Source of the DNA: Octopus vulgaris
Lineage: Eukaryota
Direction: 5' to 3'
DNA length: 64,000 bases
Assembly (NCBI GenBank): GCA_951406725.2
Contig: OX597815.1
Span: 73,718,001-73,782,000 of the forward strand
Both the position numbers and the translations under genes were made by a program. Positions 26,554 to 40,041 of this stretch are shown here, one piece after another. How positions within the stretch are numbered: position 1 is the first letter of the stretch; the number at the start of each line of letters is the position of its first letter. A model generated the notes under the pieces. It ran no database searches. It worked only from the letters and a program-made list of their open reading frames with translations, and had not been told where the DNA came from.

Positions 26554-27901
26554 TATATATGTATGTGTGTGTGTGTACATATATATATTCTTCTCCATTA
26601 CTCCCTTCTTGTCCCCTTCCTTCCACACATTGGACAGCCTCAGACCCACCCTATCACCTTTTCAACTCTATTCATCCCCCTTTCTTCTCAACCCTGTCAT
26701 AATCCTTTCTATCCCTCTTATTCCTTCTATACTCCCTTCTTACTAATCATGTCCTTATACCTTCACCTGAGATCACTGTAGGGGATGGTATCAGATATGG
26801 TATCCAGCTGTAACAACTCTGATTCAACATACTTTTCTCAGGAAAAGCAAACGATGATTTTAAAAAATATGGTGTCCATGGAAGAAGATTCTAGGTGGCT
26901 ACTTAACCAATGCAACTTACAAGCCAAATCTCTCCTAATACATTTTAAACCCTTAGCATTCACATTGTTTTAAATCAATCCTGCATTGACTTGTAGCTAC
27001 AAGATTTTGATGATGTGATTGTATATTTTTAAAAGAACATTGTTGGGGATGTGTGAAAAGTTAGATCTGATTAGTTTTAGCATAAAGCACATAGAATATT
27101 AGGGCCGGTTATGGCTGGTTTAAATGCTAAAGGGCTAAAAAGGAAGTCTATATTTTAGTCTGCAAATCTTAAAACATGTCCTCCTTAACCCTTTAGAGCA
27201 GCCATATCCCAGCCCAAATATTGTACCTTTTTTATGTCCAAACTGGCCGGATTTGACCTCTCACACCTCCCCTACAATGTCATTCTAAAAACAAACAATC
27301 ACATCACCAAATTTCAAAGCTGTGAGATAATGCATGATTAATTCAAAACAATGTAAATAGGAATTACATTTGACTAAATTTCTTTAACTACCTCCTTAGC
27401 ACAGGTTTTTTTTTAATACAGAACTGCTTGGATATCAAACAGTCTGACCTAAGTAACTTCATATTTTATGGCTGATACAGGATGACAGCTAACATGTTAA
27501 TGTTAATAAAGTACATCAGCTGACAGTGATATGGTTGAAATATTTGAGCTTTTATTAAGCTCAAGCACAAACAATGATTTTATTGTTTTAAGGTTAGTAA
27601 AAGCAGGTCTAATTTTGACAAGAAACTCAGAGGAAATGTCAAATATGGCATTCACATTTAGGAATGTATATATTCAAATATTCAAGGCAGTGTGACCTGG
27701 AAGAATTGTTAGCATGCCAGACAAAATGTTTAGTAGCATTTCATCAGCCTTTATGTTCTGAGTTCAAATTCTCTCAAGGTTGATTTTGCCTCCTCTTTAC
27801 AGGGTCAATAAAACAAGTACCAGTGAACACTGGGGTTGATGTAATAAACAAGCCCCCTACCCCGAAATTTCAGGCCTTGTGCCTTTAGTAGAAGAATTAT
27901 T

Positions 27902-28175
27902 GGATCTTTACTTTTTGACCTACAGATTTAAAAAAATAATTTTTTTTAACTAAACACTTTCAAAATTCGTACACTGGTAGAATGTGTCATATAAAACATC
28001 TTTTACTCTAAGCATTTTTGAGAAAAACTTATATTTACAAAGATATTTCACCTTAAAGTTCTCATATTTTGGTAATTTCAACCAATCAATGACGTGTATT
28101 CAGCTGAATAAAATTACTGCTGTTGTTTGTCAACAACAACTATCGGTGGTGTATATTTCATTTGTCACTGTTATT

Positions 28176-28208
<33 letters not shown>

Positions 28209-29772
28209 TGTGTACAGTGCTCAGGTGCACTACAACTCATCTAAAGTGTATATATAATCAGGTGTAGTTTCGGCGGATTTCGGAAAGCATGAGGGCCTTA
28301 AAAGATGCAGTGTCATGGCAGTCAACAACTGACGCAGGCAGTTTATTCCATGCTTCAGCAACTCTGAGCGTGAAAAAATGTTTCCGAAAGTCATGGGAGC
28401 TGTATTGTTTTCTGACTTTGTAGGCATGTCCACGTGTGTTAGACACATGGAGATCAAAAAGGTGTTCAGTGTTGTTGTTGGTGAGGTGGTTGATAACTTT
28501 GTGGGTGTTTACCAAGTCCGTCGCCAAACGCCGGAGCTTCAGTGAATCCATGCCCAGGGAAACAAGGCACTCAGAATATGGTAGGTGTCTGATGGAGGGT
28601 ATGCGTTTGGTTGCACGTCTCTGGACAGATTCCAGGAGGTCAATGTTCTGTGCAAGATAGGGGTTCCAAACTGATGATGCGAATTCCAAGTGTGGTCGTA
28701 CCATAGCTGTATACAGTTTTAAATAGATGGCTGGAGAGCGGCTAACAAAAGACCTGCTGAGTGATGCCAAGACACCCTCGGCCTTCCTGACAATCTTAGA
28801 GATATGCTTTGACCAACGCAAATCACTGCTGACAGTGATGCCTAGGTCACGCTCACAAGAGGATTTCTTGATATCAGTGTTGTGGAGGGAGTATGTGAAC
28901 GCAGGGTTTTTTCTCCCAAAATGCATGGTGGTACACTTGTCCACAGCCAGTTTCAGTTGCCAGTCTGTGATCCATTGCTGCATTGTGTCTAGGTCTGATT
29001 GCAGGAAAGAGTTGTAGACATCAGGATCTGTCCTCTTGATTTCAAGGTACAGCTTGATGTCGTCTGCATATTTCAATACTGTGGCATTCTTTAAATTGGC
29101 ATCTATGTCGTTAATGTATGCCACAAACAAGAGGGGACCAAGGACAGATCCCTGTGGTACACCCGATGACATCTCATATGGTGTAGAGTGCTGTCCTAGA
29201 ACTGTGACTACCTCCTTTCGGCTGAGGATGAAGGATTTCAACCAGTTAAAAAGGTCATCCCCCACACCCATTGCAGAGAGTTTCACCATAAGCCTTTTGT
29301 GTGGCACAGAGTTGAAAGCCTTAGCAAAGTCAAGGTAGACAACATCCACCCATGAGCCACTGTCAGTAATCTGAGTAATGTCCTCAAGGAACTCGACAAG
29401 CTGGTCACTGCAGCTGGAGTTAGGGACAGACAACTCTAACCTTAAAACCCTAACACCCTAACCCTAAAACCAGTACAAACGCATGAACTATGTCATAAAT
29501 AACAGTGACAAATGAAAAATACACCGCTGATAGTTGTTGTTGACAAACAATGGCAGTAATTTTATTCAGCTGAATACACGTCATTGATTGGTTGAAATTA
29601 TTGAAATACGAGAACTTTAAGGTGAAATATCTTCGTAAATATAAGTTTTTCTCAACAATGCTATGAGTAAAAGATGTTTTATATGACACATTCTACCAGT
29701 GTACGAAGTTTGAAAGTGTTTAGTTACAAAAAATGATTTTTTAAAAATCTGTAGGTCAAAAGGTAAAGATCC
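27902..29772. mobile_element. Related foldback element with 8-bp TSD, interrupted by a CR1 LINE
   Basis: GGATCTTTAC...GTAAAGATCC termini; GAATTATT on both flanks (27894-27901, 29773-29780); CCCTAA remnants at 29435-29470. Confidence 0.85.
28178..29430 (-). mobile_element. 5'-truncated CR1-clade LINE with uninterrupted RT C-terminal ORF (28258-29433)
   Basis: VYLDFAKAF, SGVPQGSVLGPLLF, YADD, RPHLEF, TRGH, WNKLP motifs; (ATT)n 3' tail. Confidence 0.95.
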
Positions 29773-32700
29773 GAATTATTATTATTATTATTAAGATGGT
29801 GAGTAGGCAGAATCGTTACTGTGCCAGACAAAATGCTTTGTAGCATTTCTTTTGGCTTTTTATGTTCAGAGTTCAAATTCTGTCAGGGCCAAATTTGCTT
29901 TTCAACCTTTCAGGGTCAATAAAATAAGTACCAATTGAACACAAGGTTCGAAGTAATCAATTTGCTTCTTCCTCTAAAATTGCTGGCCTTGTGCCAAAAT
30001 TAGAAAGGGTTATTATTGAAGTTATTACAAGCAACATTAGTTAGTACAACTGTTATCTTGAGGTTTGGTGTAACAAGAATCTTTCTCAGGATTCCTACAG
30101 AATACATGATTGCACTTTCCTGCTGGTCAATACCACTAGTCTCAATTTTAATACCATTCAGCCCTGCAGTTAGCAGTTTGAGTATTGTGCCAAGTGCATT
30201 GATTATCATAAGAATAAAAGTCACCTCTGCCTTCCACAGCCTCTTCATCTCCCTCATTAGGTTTTGTTATTTCTCAATTTCTAACATTATTATTAATGAC
30301 TTGTAAGGACACAGTATTTTGTTATGCAACTATAAAATACTGTAAAGTATACTAAATATTCTTATAAAGCAATACCATGTTCTACTGTGTTAGCAGTGCG
30401 CTTTACAACATTTATTAACCCTTTAGCATTCAGATTACTCTGTTAAATGTAATATTTATTTATTCACATTGTTTTAAATTAATCATGTATTAACTTGTAG
30501 CTTTGAGATATTAATGATATGATTGTTTATTTTTAGAATGACACTGTAGGATTGGTGGAAGAGGCTGGATCTGGCTGATTTGAACACAAGATATGTAGAA
30601 TGTTTGGGGCAGATATGGCTGGTTTAAATGGTAAAGGGTTAAGGTTATCTCTACATACATGCTGGCTATAATTTACTCTCTTATTTGTTTGTCATTTGAC
30701 TGTGGCCATGCTAGAGCACCACCTTTAGTCGAGCAAATCGACCCCAGAACTTATTCTTTGTAAGCCTAGCACTTGTTCTATTGGTCTCTTTTGCCGAACC
30801 GCTAAGTTACGGGGACATACCCATACCAGCATCGGTTGTCAAGCAATGTTGGGGGACAAACACAGACACACAAACCTTAATAAATAATTAAGGCAGTGAG
30901 CAAGCAGAATCATTAGCACACTGAACAAAACGCTTAGTAGCATTTTGCCAAGGTTGACTTTGCCTTTCATCTTTTTGAAGTCAATAAAATAAGTACCAGT
31001 TGAGCACTGGGGTTGATATAATCTACTTACCCCCACCCCCAAAATTTCAGGCCTTGTGTCTATAAAAGAAGGTATTATCATTATTATGGCAACAAGCTAG
31101 TAAAAGCATTGGCTTGTCAGACAAAATGCTTTAACCCTTTAGCATGTAAACTGGCCAAAATATTCTATTAGTTTTATGCCCAAATTGGCCAGATCCAGCC
31201 TCTCACACTGAACTTATAATCTCACTCTTAAAAATAAACAATCACATCATTGAAATCTTGAAGCAACATGATAATGCATGTTTAATTCAAAATAATATGA
31301 GGTAATAAGCATTAATCTGAATGCTAAAAGGCTGAGCATTTCTTTTGGCTCTGTACATTCTGAGCTCAAATCCTTCCTTCAACCTATATTGTTTTTTGTC
31401 TCTCTCTTCCACATATTGCATCCTCTTGGCATTTTCTCACTTAACTATCATCCTTCATATACACTAGTACAGTCTTGCACTTTAGAACTGATTCCTCTTA
31501 CATATAACTTATTTTCATTAATTTTTTTTTAATAGTTTATATAACCCAGTCTATTATGACATTTGCATGATCTGTGTTTACCAAATATTTCTTTCTGTTA
31601 ATAATAAATATATTCATTAAAAACCAATGCTAGCCTACATATGGTACATGTTTTATGGTGGTTGTGTGGTAAGAAGCTTGCTTCCCAATCACATGGTTCC
31701 GTTTTCAGTCCTACTGCATGACACCTCTTCTACTATGGCCTCAGGCCAACCAAATGCTTGTGAGTGGAGTTGGTAGATGGAAACTGAAAGAAGCCAGTCG
31801 TATTCTTTTACTTGTTTCAGTCATTTGACAGTGGCCACGCTGGAGCACAGCCTTTAGTCGAGCCAATCGACCCCAGGACTTATTCTTTGTAAGCCTAATA
31901 CTTATTCTATTGGTCTCTTTTGCCAAACTGCTAAGTTATGGGGATGTAAACACACCAGCATCGGTTGAGGGACAAACACACATACATATACGGCGGGCTT
32001 CTTTCAGTTTCCGTCTACCAAATCCACTCACAAGACCCGAGGCTATAGTTGAAGACACTTGCCCAAGGTGCCATGCAGTGGGACTGAACCCGGAACCATG
32101 TGGTTGGTAAGCAAGCTACTTACCACACGACCACTCCTGCGCCAGTACCACAGAACCACTCCTGCGTCTTATATATATGTGTGTGTTTACCTCCACGTAA
32201 TTCAGCGGTTCTGCGCCTGTACCACAGAACCACTCCTGCGCCTATATACATGTGTGTGTGTGTTTACCTCCACGTAACCAGCGGTTCGGTAAAAGACACC
32301 GATAGAATTAGGCTTAAAAAAAGAAGTTCTGTGGTCGATTTGTTCGACTACAAAAAAAACCTTCAAGGCTGAGCCCCAGCATAGCCACAGTCAAATGGCT
32401 GAAATGAGTAAAGGATAAAATGAGTGTGTGGATAAAAGATGTGTGTGTGTGTATGTAAAATGGTACGAACACTATAGGTAACTGTGTGTGTGTGTACAAC
32501 ATTATATCAAATAAGTACCACTTATATATTGCATGGAACCAAAGTGCTTCCGACTTCGAAAAGCTGCTCCTGATACCCCACCCCTAAATACCCCTTCTGA
32601 ACGGCCAGCAATTTTTATCAGAGAACAGCTGAGGACAAATAATATTTCAGCTCGATCGATTGACATATTACATATTTCCAATAACGGTTTAATGAAAATT

Positions 32701-34046
32701 ATGTGGAAGTTCTGATCTGTTGACAGCTAAAAGTTTTACTACGACCCATAAATTATTTACCTGTTTGCTTTTCTGTTTACTTTTTCAACGAGAATTTGAA
32801 ATATAGTTTCTATTGTTGTGAAGAGAGAGCCTCTACATAGTCGTTCGACATGCTAGAAAAAGCAGCTAAATTTTTCTCAAGCCACAAACTACTATCTTTA
32901 AAAAAAGAAAAGAAAAGCACTTTAATGTAGTCCTTGACAGTACTACATTTCTATGTTTTTGATAAGTCTGTTCAACGATGGTTGACTTGAGATTAAAAGA
33001 AATTTCGACTGAAAACAGCTAATGAACAATCTTCCTTTATACACCAAGCTAAAAACAGCTGTTCTTCCACGGCCGTATGTAAATCAAGCTACCATCTACT
33101 CAGTGTTTACAAATCATTTGTTTATGTTAAGAATTAACATCGTTTAACAACAAACAAAATCCAAACATTCCAGCATGGATGGACGTTGAACCTACGAATG
33201 AATAATTAATCGCGTTGGGTGGTTCAGGTTCGATTTTCAGAGTCATTTGCTTAAATTCTCGCACTTTCGGAGTGGTCAATAGCTCGGAAAAGGATAGGTC
33301 CCAGCAGGATGATTACTTAAAAGATTTATAATATGAATAAGAAATCTTCGTGATATCTCTCAATCGACCACTGGATTATGGAACTTACATATTTATTGCT
33401 ATCGCAATGTTATTAAAATGAAATGTCCAAAAGTTAGTTTAATTGTAATAGTGTTAAGTCGCGAGAAACTGGACTTTGAATCGATTATACTATTTAAATA
33501 CGACATAAAGGGTGTTGATTAAAAGGGAGATATACAACGTTTTTGTTTTCATTATTTTTTACCAACTCAAAACATTAACCATTATTTAAATATTAATTCT
33601 AGCAGCCAGGTAAGAAGTTCTACTAAGGTAAAATCGACTTGGATTTATTAATATCATATTAACTGTTGATATCAAATGTAAACAATTGTGAGCAGAAATA
33701 TTTGTTTGGATATAATTAAGAAAAAAAGAACTTTAATAGACACTTGAGGAAAAGAATTAAAACAAAAAAATTATTTATTTCGTTCTTTACAGCCAAATGA
33801 AGACGTATGTTAAACAGTGTGTATTTTAGATACATCTACGTTTTATATACGTGGATTTGGAGTATGATAAACGTTAATATTTGGAGTATAATAAACGTTA
33901 AGGAGGGGGGGAATTGTGCGTCAAATATGATGATGTCACAGAGAGGGGGGGGGAAACAACAACAACAACAGCCAAACACTCGAAAGAATGACAATAATAT
34001 GGATGGTAAAGTTAAATGAAATTATTAACCAAATATTTTATATTAC

Positions 34047-34156
34047 CTTTTGGGAATGTCTAAATCCGTTTCATTGTCTTCTAATATAAATTCTCGTTTC
34101 CTTTTGACACCAGACTCAAATAATCTGTGGCCAAGATAAGAGGAAACATTGCCCAT
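34047..34156 (-). CDS. GMCL1: germ cell-less protein-like 1, coding exon 1 (MGNVSSYLGHRLFESGVKRKREFILEDNETDLDIPK)
   Basis: ATG at 34156, GT donor at 34046-34045, phase 2 joins exon 2; MGxxxS myristoylation motif and basic NLS-like patches as in GCL proteins. Confidence 0.85.
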
Positions 34157-35987
34157 AGTTCAAATGTAAACAGGATAACTCGAAAGCGTCGGGTTGTTAC
34201 GCCAAGGGAGATAATTATTGTCCGTAATTAGCTCTCCCACCAAGTGAGCAACAAACATAACTAAGAGGAGATAACCGCAACATTGACGTTAATTAGAGTT
34301 GTGTGTATGTGTGTATGTATATATGTATATATATGTATAAAGCACGAAAGAAAATAATAAAAATAATCCAAGCCCAACAATTTTAAGGCAGGGAAGGAGG
34401 TAAGTAGATTATACCGACCCCGAAGGGATCAGAAGCAAAGCTGAACTCGCTGCCTTAAAAAAATTTTAATTATTAATATTTCAAATTTTGGCGCAAAGCC
34501 AGCAATATTGACGAAGAAAATTATGGTCGATTATATGGGTCCTAATATTTGATTGCTACTGTATTTTATCGACTCCGAAAGGAGTCGATGGGCAAAGTCG
34601 ATTTGGGCGGGACTTGAACTCAGTATTTTTGTTCGACGCGCTAAAGATTCTTCCAGTTCGCAGTTTTCTCAAAATTAATAATTCTTTCCACTATATGTAC
34701 AAGGTCTGAAATTTTTTTTTGGGTGGGGGGGATAGTTGATTGCATCGACCCCAGTACTCGATTGGTGCTTATTTCATCGATTCCGAAAGGATGAAAGGCA
34801 AAGTCGACGGCGGGATTTGAGCTCAGAAAATAAAGGGTCGAAAAAATGCCGTTGAGAATTTTGTCTGACGCACTAACAATTCTTCCAGCTTGCCCCTTCG
34901 CAAAATTAATAATGGTTTCAAACTTTGGCACAAGCCCAGCAATTTCGGGGGAAGATGTAAGGCGATTATATTGACCTCAGTATTCAACTGGTACTCATTT
35001 TATCGACTTCGAGAGGATGAAAGGCAAAGTCAACCTCTGCGGAATTTGAACTGAGAAAGTAAAGACGGATGAAATGTCACTATTTTTACCCGATATACTC
35101 ACTACAGCGATTCTACCTGCTCACCGCTTTCGCTGCCTCAGAATCGATAATCCATTTTGCTTTATGCAAATGTCCGAAATTTTGTGGGCGAGTGATAGTC
35201 GATCGCATCGACTCTGAAAAGATAAAAAAACAAAGTTGATCTCAGCAAGATTTGAGCGCAGAACGTCAAGAGTCGGGGAAAATGCCACTAAGCATTTGTG
35301 TCCGGCGCGCTAACGATTCTTCCAGTTCGCCGCCTTCTCAAAATTAATAATAGTAATAAAAAGCTTAAGATTAGAAGATTATGCTTTGGATGTGTTATTT
35401 TTATTTTTATTATTTTTTTTTTCTCTGATTGTGACAAATAAGTAACTATCGTTTGGTGGGTAAAGAAGTGTAAAGTAAGGTCATTCACTCCGTCACAATT
35501 ATTTAGATGTGGAGCAAGATAACATTTTGGTGTATGCTACCCGTTTAAAATTGTTAAATTACAGTTAACTTAAGGCATTAACCTAGGAAGAGCACTATCT
35601 TTAGTGCACAGACTACTAATAACAGTTTAACATAAGCAAATCTACTACTGACATTCAACTAGCACTTTTAACAGGAGCAAACATTCTCACACAAACAAGC
35701 GACATGACGCGTAATTTACTAATATAGCTAATAGTGGTGACGGCGATGATAAAAAAAAATTCCCAGGGACGTATTCTGTATTAAAGATATATAGTAAGGC
35801 TAACATAATGTAGTGAACTAATATTTTTTCTATTAAAATTACAAATGTAGTGAAGAGATTGAATTATTAGCTTTAATGATTAATTTCTAGTCAACAAAAG
35901 AAAAGACAAAACACACACACGATTTATATCGCCGTCTAAAACCCCTTAAATCAAGAAAAACATCTGTATGTCATGTTTGTTTAAAGA

Positions 35988-36173
35988 TACAGTATTACAG
36001 ATCCATTTTAGCGGATTTTACCAATCGGTTTCGCATACGAAGGGATATTATGAAAAGTGTAGCCTTACTTTTCATATGAGCCCTTCTGATGAACACCGTC
36101 TCAATTTGTAACCTAACTTGTGTATAAAACCGATTGATAAAATCAGCTGAAAAAGACCTATAATAATACTGTA
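35988..36173. mobile_element. Palindromic MITE (Tc1/mariner-type TA ends)
   Basis: TACAGTATTA...TAATACTGTA with ~50-bp imperfect inverted arms. Confidence 0.6.
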
Positions 36174-36299
36174 TAATATGGTATAGAATAGAATAGAATA
36201 ATATAGTATATATGTATGTCTCTTCTATTTTTTAATTATTATAAATGTTCCACTGAGGATGGAGCCGGTTTCCAACAAAGATACAAGGCTTCATCTTTG

Positions 36300-36728
36300 G
36301 GATGTAGTTAACAGAGACAAATTCACATTTGGAACTTGAGAAAAGTCTTGCATATTTTTACTGTTTTACTCACAGATTGCACTTGTAATGTGCGAATTAG
36401 CCAATCGATTTCTATTTCTGAAAATCCCAGTTTATCCAGATTCTCCTTCAAGCATTTACTAACAAACCCTAGTGCTCTAATTATTATTGGTATGAATAGG
36501 AATTCATAGTCTGGATATAGAAGCTGGAGGTTTCGAAGCAGTTGTCCATAGATATCCTCTTTTTCTTTGATTTTCAAAGGGATATTTATATCTGCAGGGC
36601 GGCTGACCTCTATGATGGTATATACCTTTACCCCTCTGTCCCAAACAACAATATCCGGCCTGTTATGTTTACATTTGACAGACATTTTGATGGGAATATT
36701 CCAGTATTCCTTGAGTTGGTGTTCATGA
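36300..36728 (-). mobile_element. R4/Dong-like LINE 3' fragment with restriction-like endonuclease; a further decayed piece at ~30040-30290
   Basis: HNRPDIVVWD...IIEVS.P...KEKED.Y..L...IPIII.ALG (PD-(D/E)xK RLE pattern). Confidence 0.8.
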
Positions 36729-36754
36729 ATGTATGTTTATGTATGTATGTATGC

Positions 36755-36938
36755 GGTGGCACGTAAAAAGCACCCACTACACTCACGGAGTGGTTGGCGT
36801 TAGGAAGGGCATCCAGCCGTAGAAACATTGCCAGATCAGACTGGGCCTGGTGCAGCCTTCTGGCTTCCCAGACCCCAGTTGAACCGTCCAACCCATGCTA
36901 GCATGGAAAGTGGACGCTAAACGATGATGATGATGATG
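36755..36938 (+). mobile_element. Short repeat with (GAT)n tail, RTE-associated SINE or LINE 3' end; copies at ~2720-2908, 5843-6050, 16780-16970, 52370-52535, 61169-61500
   Basis: Recurrent GGTTGGCGTTAGGAAGGGCATCCAGC...CCCATGCTAGCATGGAAAG.GGACG.TAAACGATGATGAT. Confidence 0.75.
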
Positions 36939-36980
36939 TATGTATGTATGTATGTATGTATGTATGTATGTATGTATGTA

Positions 36981-37027
<47 letters not shown>

Positions 37028-37419
37028 ATGAGGATTGCTTCATCTTGTCAGATGATAGCCATCTCACATTTAGTCTGACTGTTCTGATTTACTTTCATCC
37101 TTGCATTGCACGGATATGGCTTTTCAAACCAGCCAATGACTTAGTGTATTAAACACAAGTGCCACATGTGATCTTATGTCAGCGTAGGATTAAATTTAAT
37201 TAGTTTGTGACAATCGTTGATGAACCTTTAGGTGGAGTTTTAGACCAGGACTGGTTTTTGTATGTCTTGTGCAGATCGAACATGTAGTGGGACCACACTG
37301 TCTATTTGTAATCGTTGATTCTCATGGGCCTTCAGTTGGTTTACAAAGCCTGATTTATAGAGGACACATTGGAAAATATACATACATTCATATATACATT
37401 TTATGTACATGTATATATA

Positions 37420-37615
37420 TATGAGGGGTACTGAAAAGTTCCTTGAGGATCAGTTAATTAAGATTTTATTCAATATAATCCCCTCTCAGATTCACACACT
37501 TATTGCAGCGGTCCTCCAGCTTTCTAAGCTTTGTAAATTAACTTGGAAGATTGGGCTTCCAACCAGTCCTTTCGCGACACCCTTAAAGCCAGGAACTTTT
37601 CAGCACCCCTTCGTA
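37420..37615. mobile_element. Mariner-derived MITE
   Basis: TIRs GAGGGGTACTGAAAAGTTCC / GGAACTTTTCAGCACCCCTTCG in TA context. Confidence 0.7.
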
Positions 37616-37688
37616 TATATATATAAAGTAAAAAGCAAACATAAATATAAATAATTTAAGAGATATTCAAGAGATATTAGCATTACTA

Positions 37689-38943
37689 TTAGGTTGTTCC
37701 GAAAATAATGGCCGCTCTAAGTGCTGTGTTTTGAAATGCAATTTTATCATAGTATCTTAATTATATTTTAGGTGAATTTCGACATACTTAATAATTGATG
37801 TATGCTCTTTAATAATTTTCTACTTATTTCAGATAGAAAACATTCTTGAAGCATAGGTGCCCTTAATTATGAACATGACAAAAAAAAATCCTTCGCTTAC
37901 TTTTCTTGCATGAGTTCCAGCTTGGGCACAATGCCTCCCAAACTGCTGCCACAATCATCAGAGCATGGGGGAGGAGTCCACAAGTGATCGCACAGTACGA
38001 AAGTGGTTTCAGAAATTCCATAGTGGTGATGAGAGCCTTGAAGATGAAAAAAGTAGAGAACGACCATGCAGTCTTATCAATGAACAATTGAAAGCAATTG
38101 TAGAACAAAACCTACGTCAACGTGTCAGAGAAATGTCTCAGGCACTTGGTATTGCTATTGCAACGATTTCACGCAACCTGCAGAAGATTGGTAAGGTGAA
38201 AAAGCTCGATAAATGAGTACCGCATGAGTTCAATGAAAATCAAAAAGTTTGGCGTTTTGAAGTGTACTCCACGCTATTTCTGCGAAACACCAATTGATCC
38301 CTTTTTTGATCGAATAGTCACTTGTGACGAAAAGTGGATCCTTTATGATAACCGTAAACGATCAGGTCAATGGCATGATCGTGATGAGTACCTAAACATT
38401 TCCCAAAGCCAAAGTTGCATTAGCAAAAGATTATTGTGACTGTCTGGTGGTTTGCAATTGGTGTTGTCCATTACAGCTTTCTGAACGCCAATCAGAGCAT
38501 TGCAGCCGAGGTTTTCTGCAATCAACTCACTGAAACGAATGTTCACTTTCAAAAAACGAGACCTGCATTAGTGAATCGGCGTGTTCCAATTCTGCTCCAC
38601 GATAATGCAAAGCCACATGTTGCAAGAATGACGCTGCAGAAGCTTACAGACTTGGTATACGAGACTTTACCACATCCTCCATATTCTCCTGATCTTTCAC
38701 CCACTGACTACCATTTTAAAAACCATTTAAACACGTTTTTAAGTGATAAAACTTTCAAGTCCAAACCAGAGGTGGGATCAGCTTTCAAAGATTTTTTAGC
38801 ATCAAAGCCAATAAATTTTTATCAACGAGGCATAAATAAATGTTCACGGCTCATACTTTGACTAATCAAAATATTTCTATTGTTAATTTTTCCAGAATAA
38901 AATTATGTTTCTGGAATCGGCTATTATTTTCGGAATAACCTAA
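37689..38943 (+). mobile_element. Mariner transposon, full length but with frameshifted/stopped transposase
   Basis: TIRs TTAGGTTGTTCCGAAAATAAT / ATTATTTTCGGAATAACCTAA, TA TSD; TCDEKWILYDN, LHDNAKPH, HPPYSPDLSPTDYH motifs. Confidence 0.95.
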
Positions 38944-39639
38944 TAGATTGATTCTAAAGAAAGAATGGAAAGAGTAAAAGTTATGGAGTGAAAACTATAA
39001 TGCTTCGGATGAAGTCCGTCTTCGAAAACTTGAGGGGAGATCTGCACTCAAAATCTGGACAGCGACGAAATGATGCTCACCTGTAATACAATATTACTGA
39101 TTTGAAGACGGTGCTAGTCGGTTTATAGATTTTTCTAATTTATCAACTTCTAGAGGGATAAAAGGCGAAACCTTGGCGAAATCTGAATTCAAAACGTAAG
39201 ACGAAAAAAAAATGAGACTAAAACTGCCAAGCATTTTGTCCATGTTCTAATTATAAGAGATGGCAGTCATTCTGGGGTCTAAGTGATTTTTTTCTCTTTT
39301 TTTTATGTAAACCAATGGGTCTCAAACTTTTAGAACTCAGCACCCTTTTTCACTGAATGGTGGCTTGCAAACGCCCTTCACTCCATATTTTGCAAAAGGC
39401 GAGTGTATGTTAATCAAACAGCATCTGTAATGACTTAGCTAGAGAGGTGTGCCGCCGGAGTATAAACCAATATAGACTTATACAGCAGACCCCAAAAATA
39501 CTTTCCCCATAAAAGTATCGCCCGAGCGGAACACCTACTCCACTAGCAACGATTCTGAGTTAATTTTACGCATTTGTTTATTATCCTATTTTCCAGAATA
39601 TGATTTTCCCATATTATTTATCTGGACTAGAGCCCCTTT

Positions 39640-40041
39640 ACTCTCTTTTCTCTTTTCCTTGTTTCAGTCATTTGACTGCGGCCATGCCGGAGCACCGTCT
39701 TTAGTCGAGCAAATCGACCCCAGGACTTATTCTTTGTAAGCCTAGTACTTATTCTATCGGTCTCTTTTGCCGAACCGCTAAGTTACGGGGACATGAACAC
39801 ACCAGCATCGGTTGTCAAGCGATGTTGGGGGGACAAACACAGACACACAAACACACACATATATATATACATATACACGACAGGCTTCTTTCAGTTTCCG
39901 TCTACCAAATCCACTCACAAGGCTTTGGTCGGCTCGAGGCTATAGTAGAAGACACTTGCCCAAAGTGCCACGCAGTGGGACTGAACCAGGAACCATATGG
40001 TTGGTAAGCAAGCTACTTACCACACAGCCACTCCTGCGCCT
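39640..40041 (-). mobile_element. tRNA-derived CORE-type SINE, well preserved; many degenerate copies (e.g. ~3675-4085, 18440-18785, 25405-25700, 31660-32420)
   Basis: Head GGCGCAGGAGTGGCTGTGTGGTAAG...GGTTCAGTCCCAC, core TTGGGCAAGT, internal microsatellite. Confidence 0.8.
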
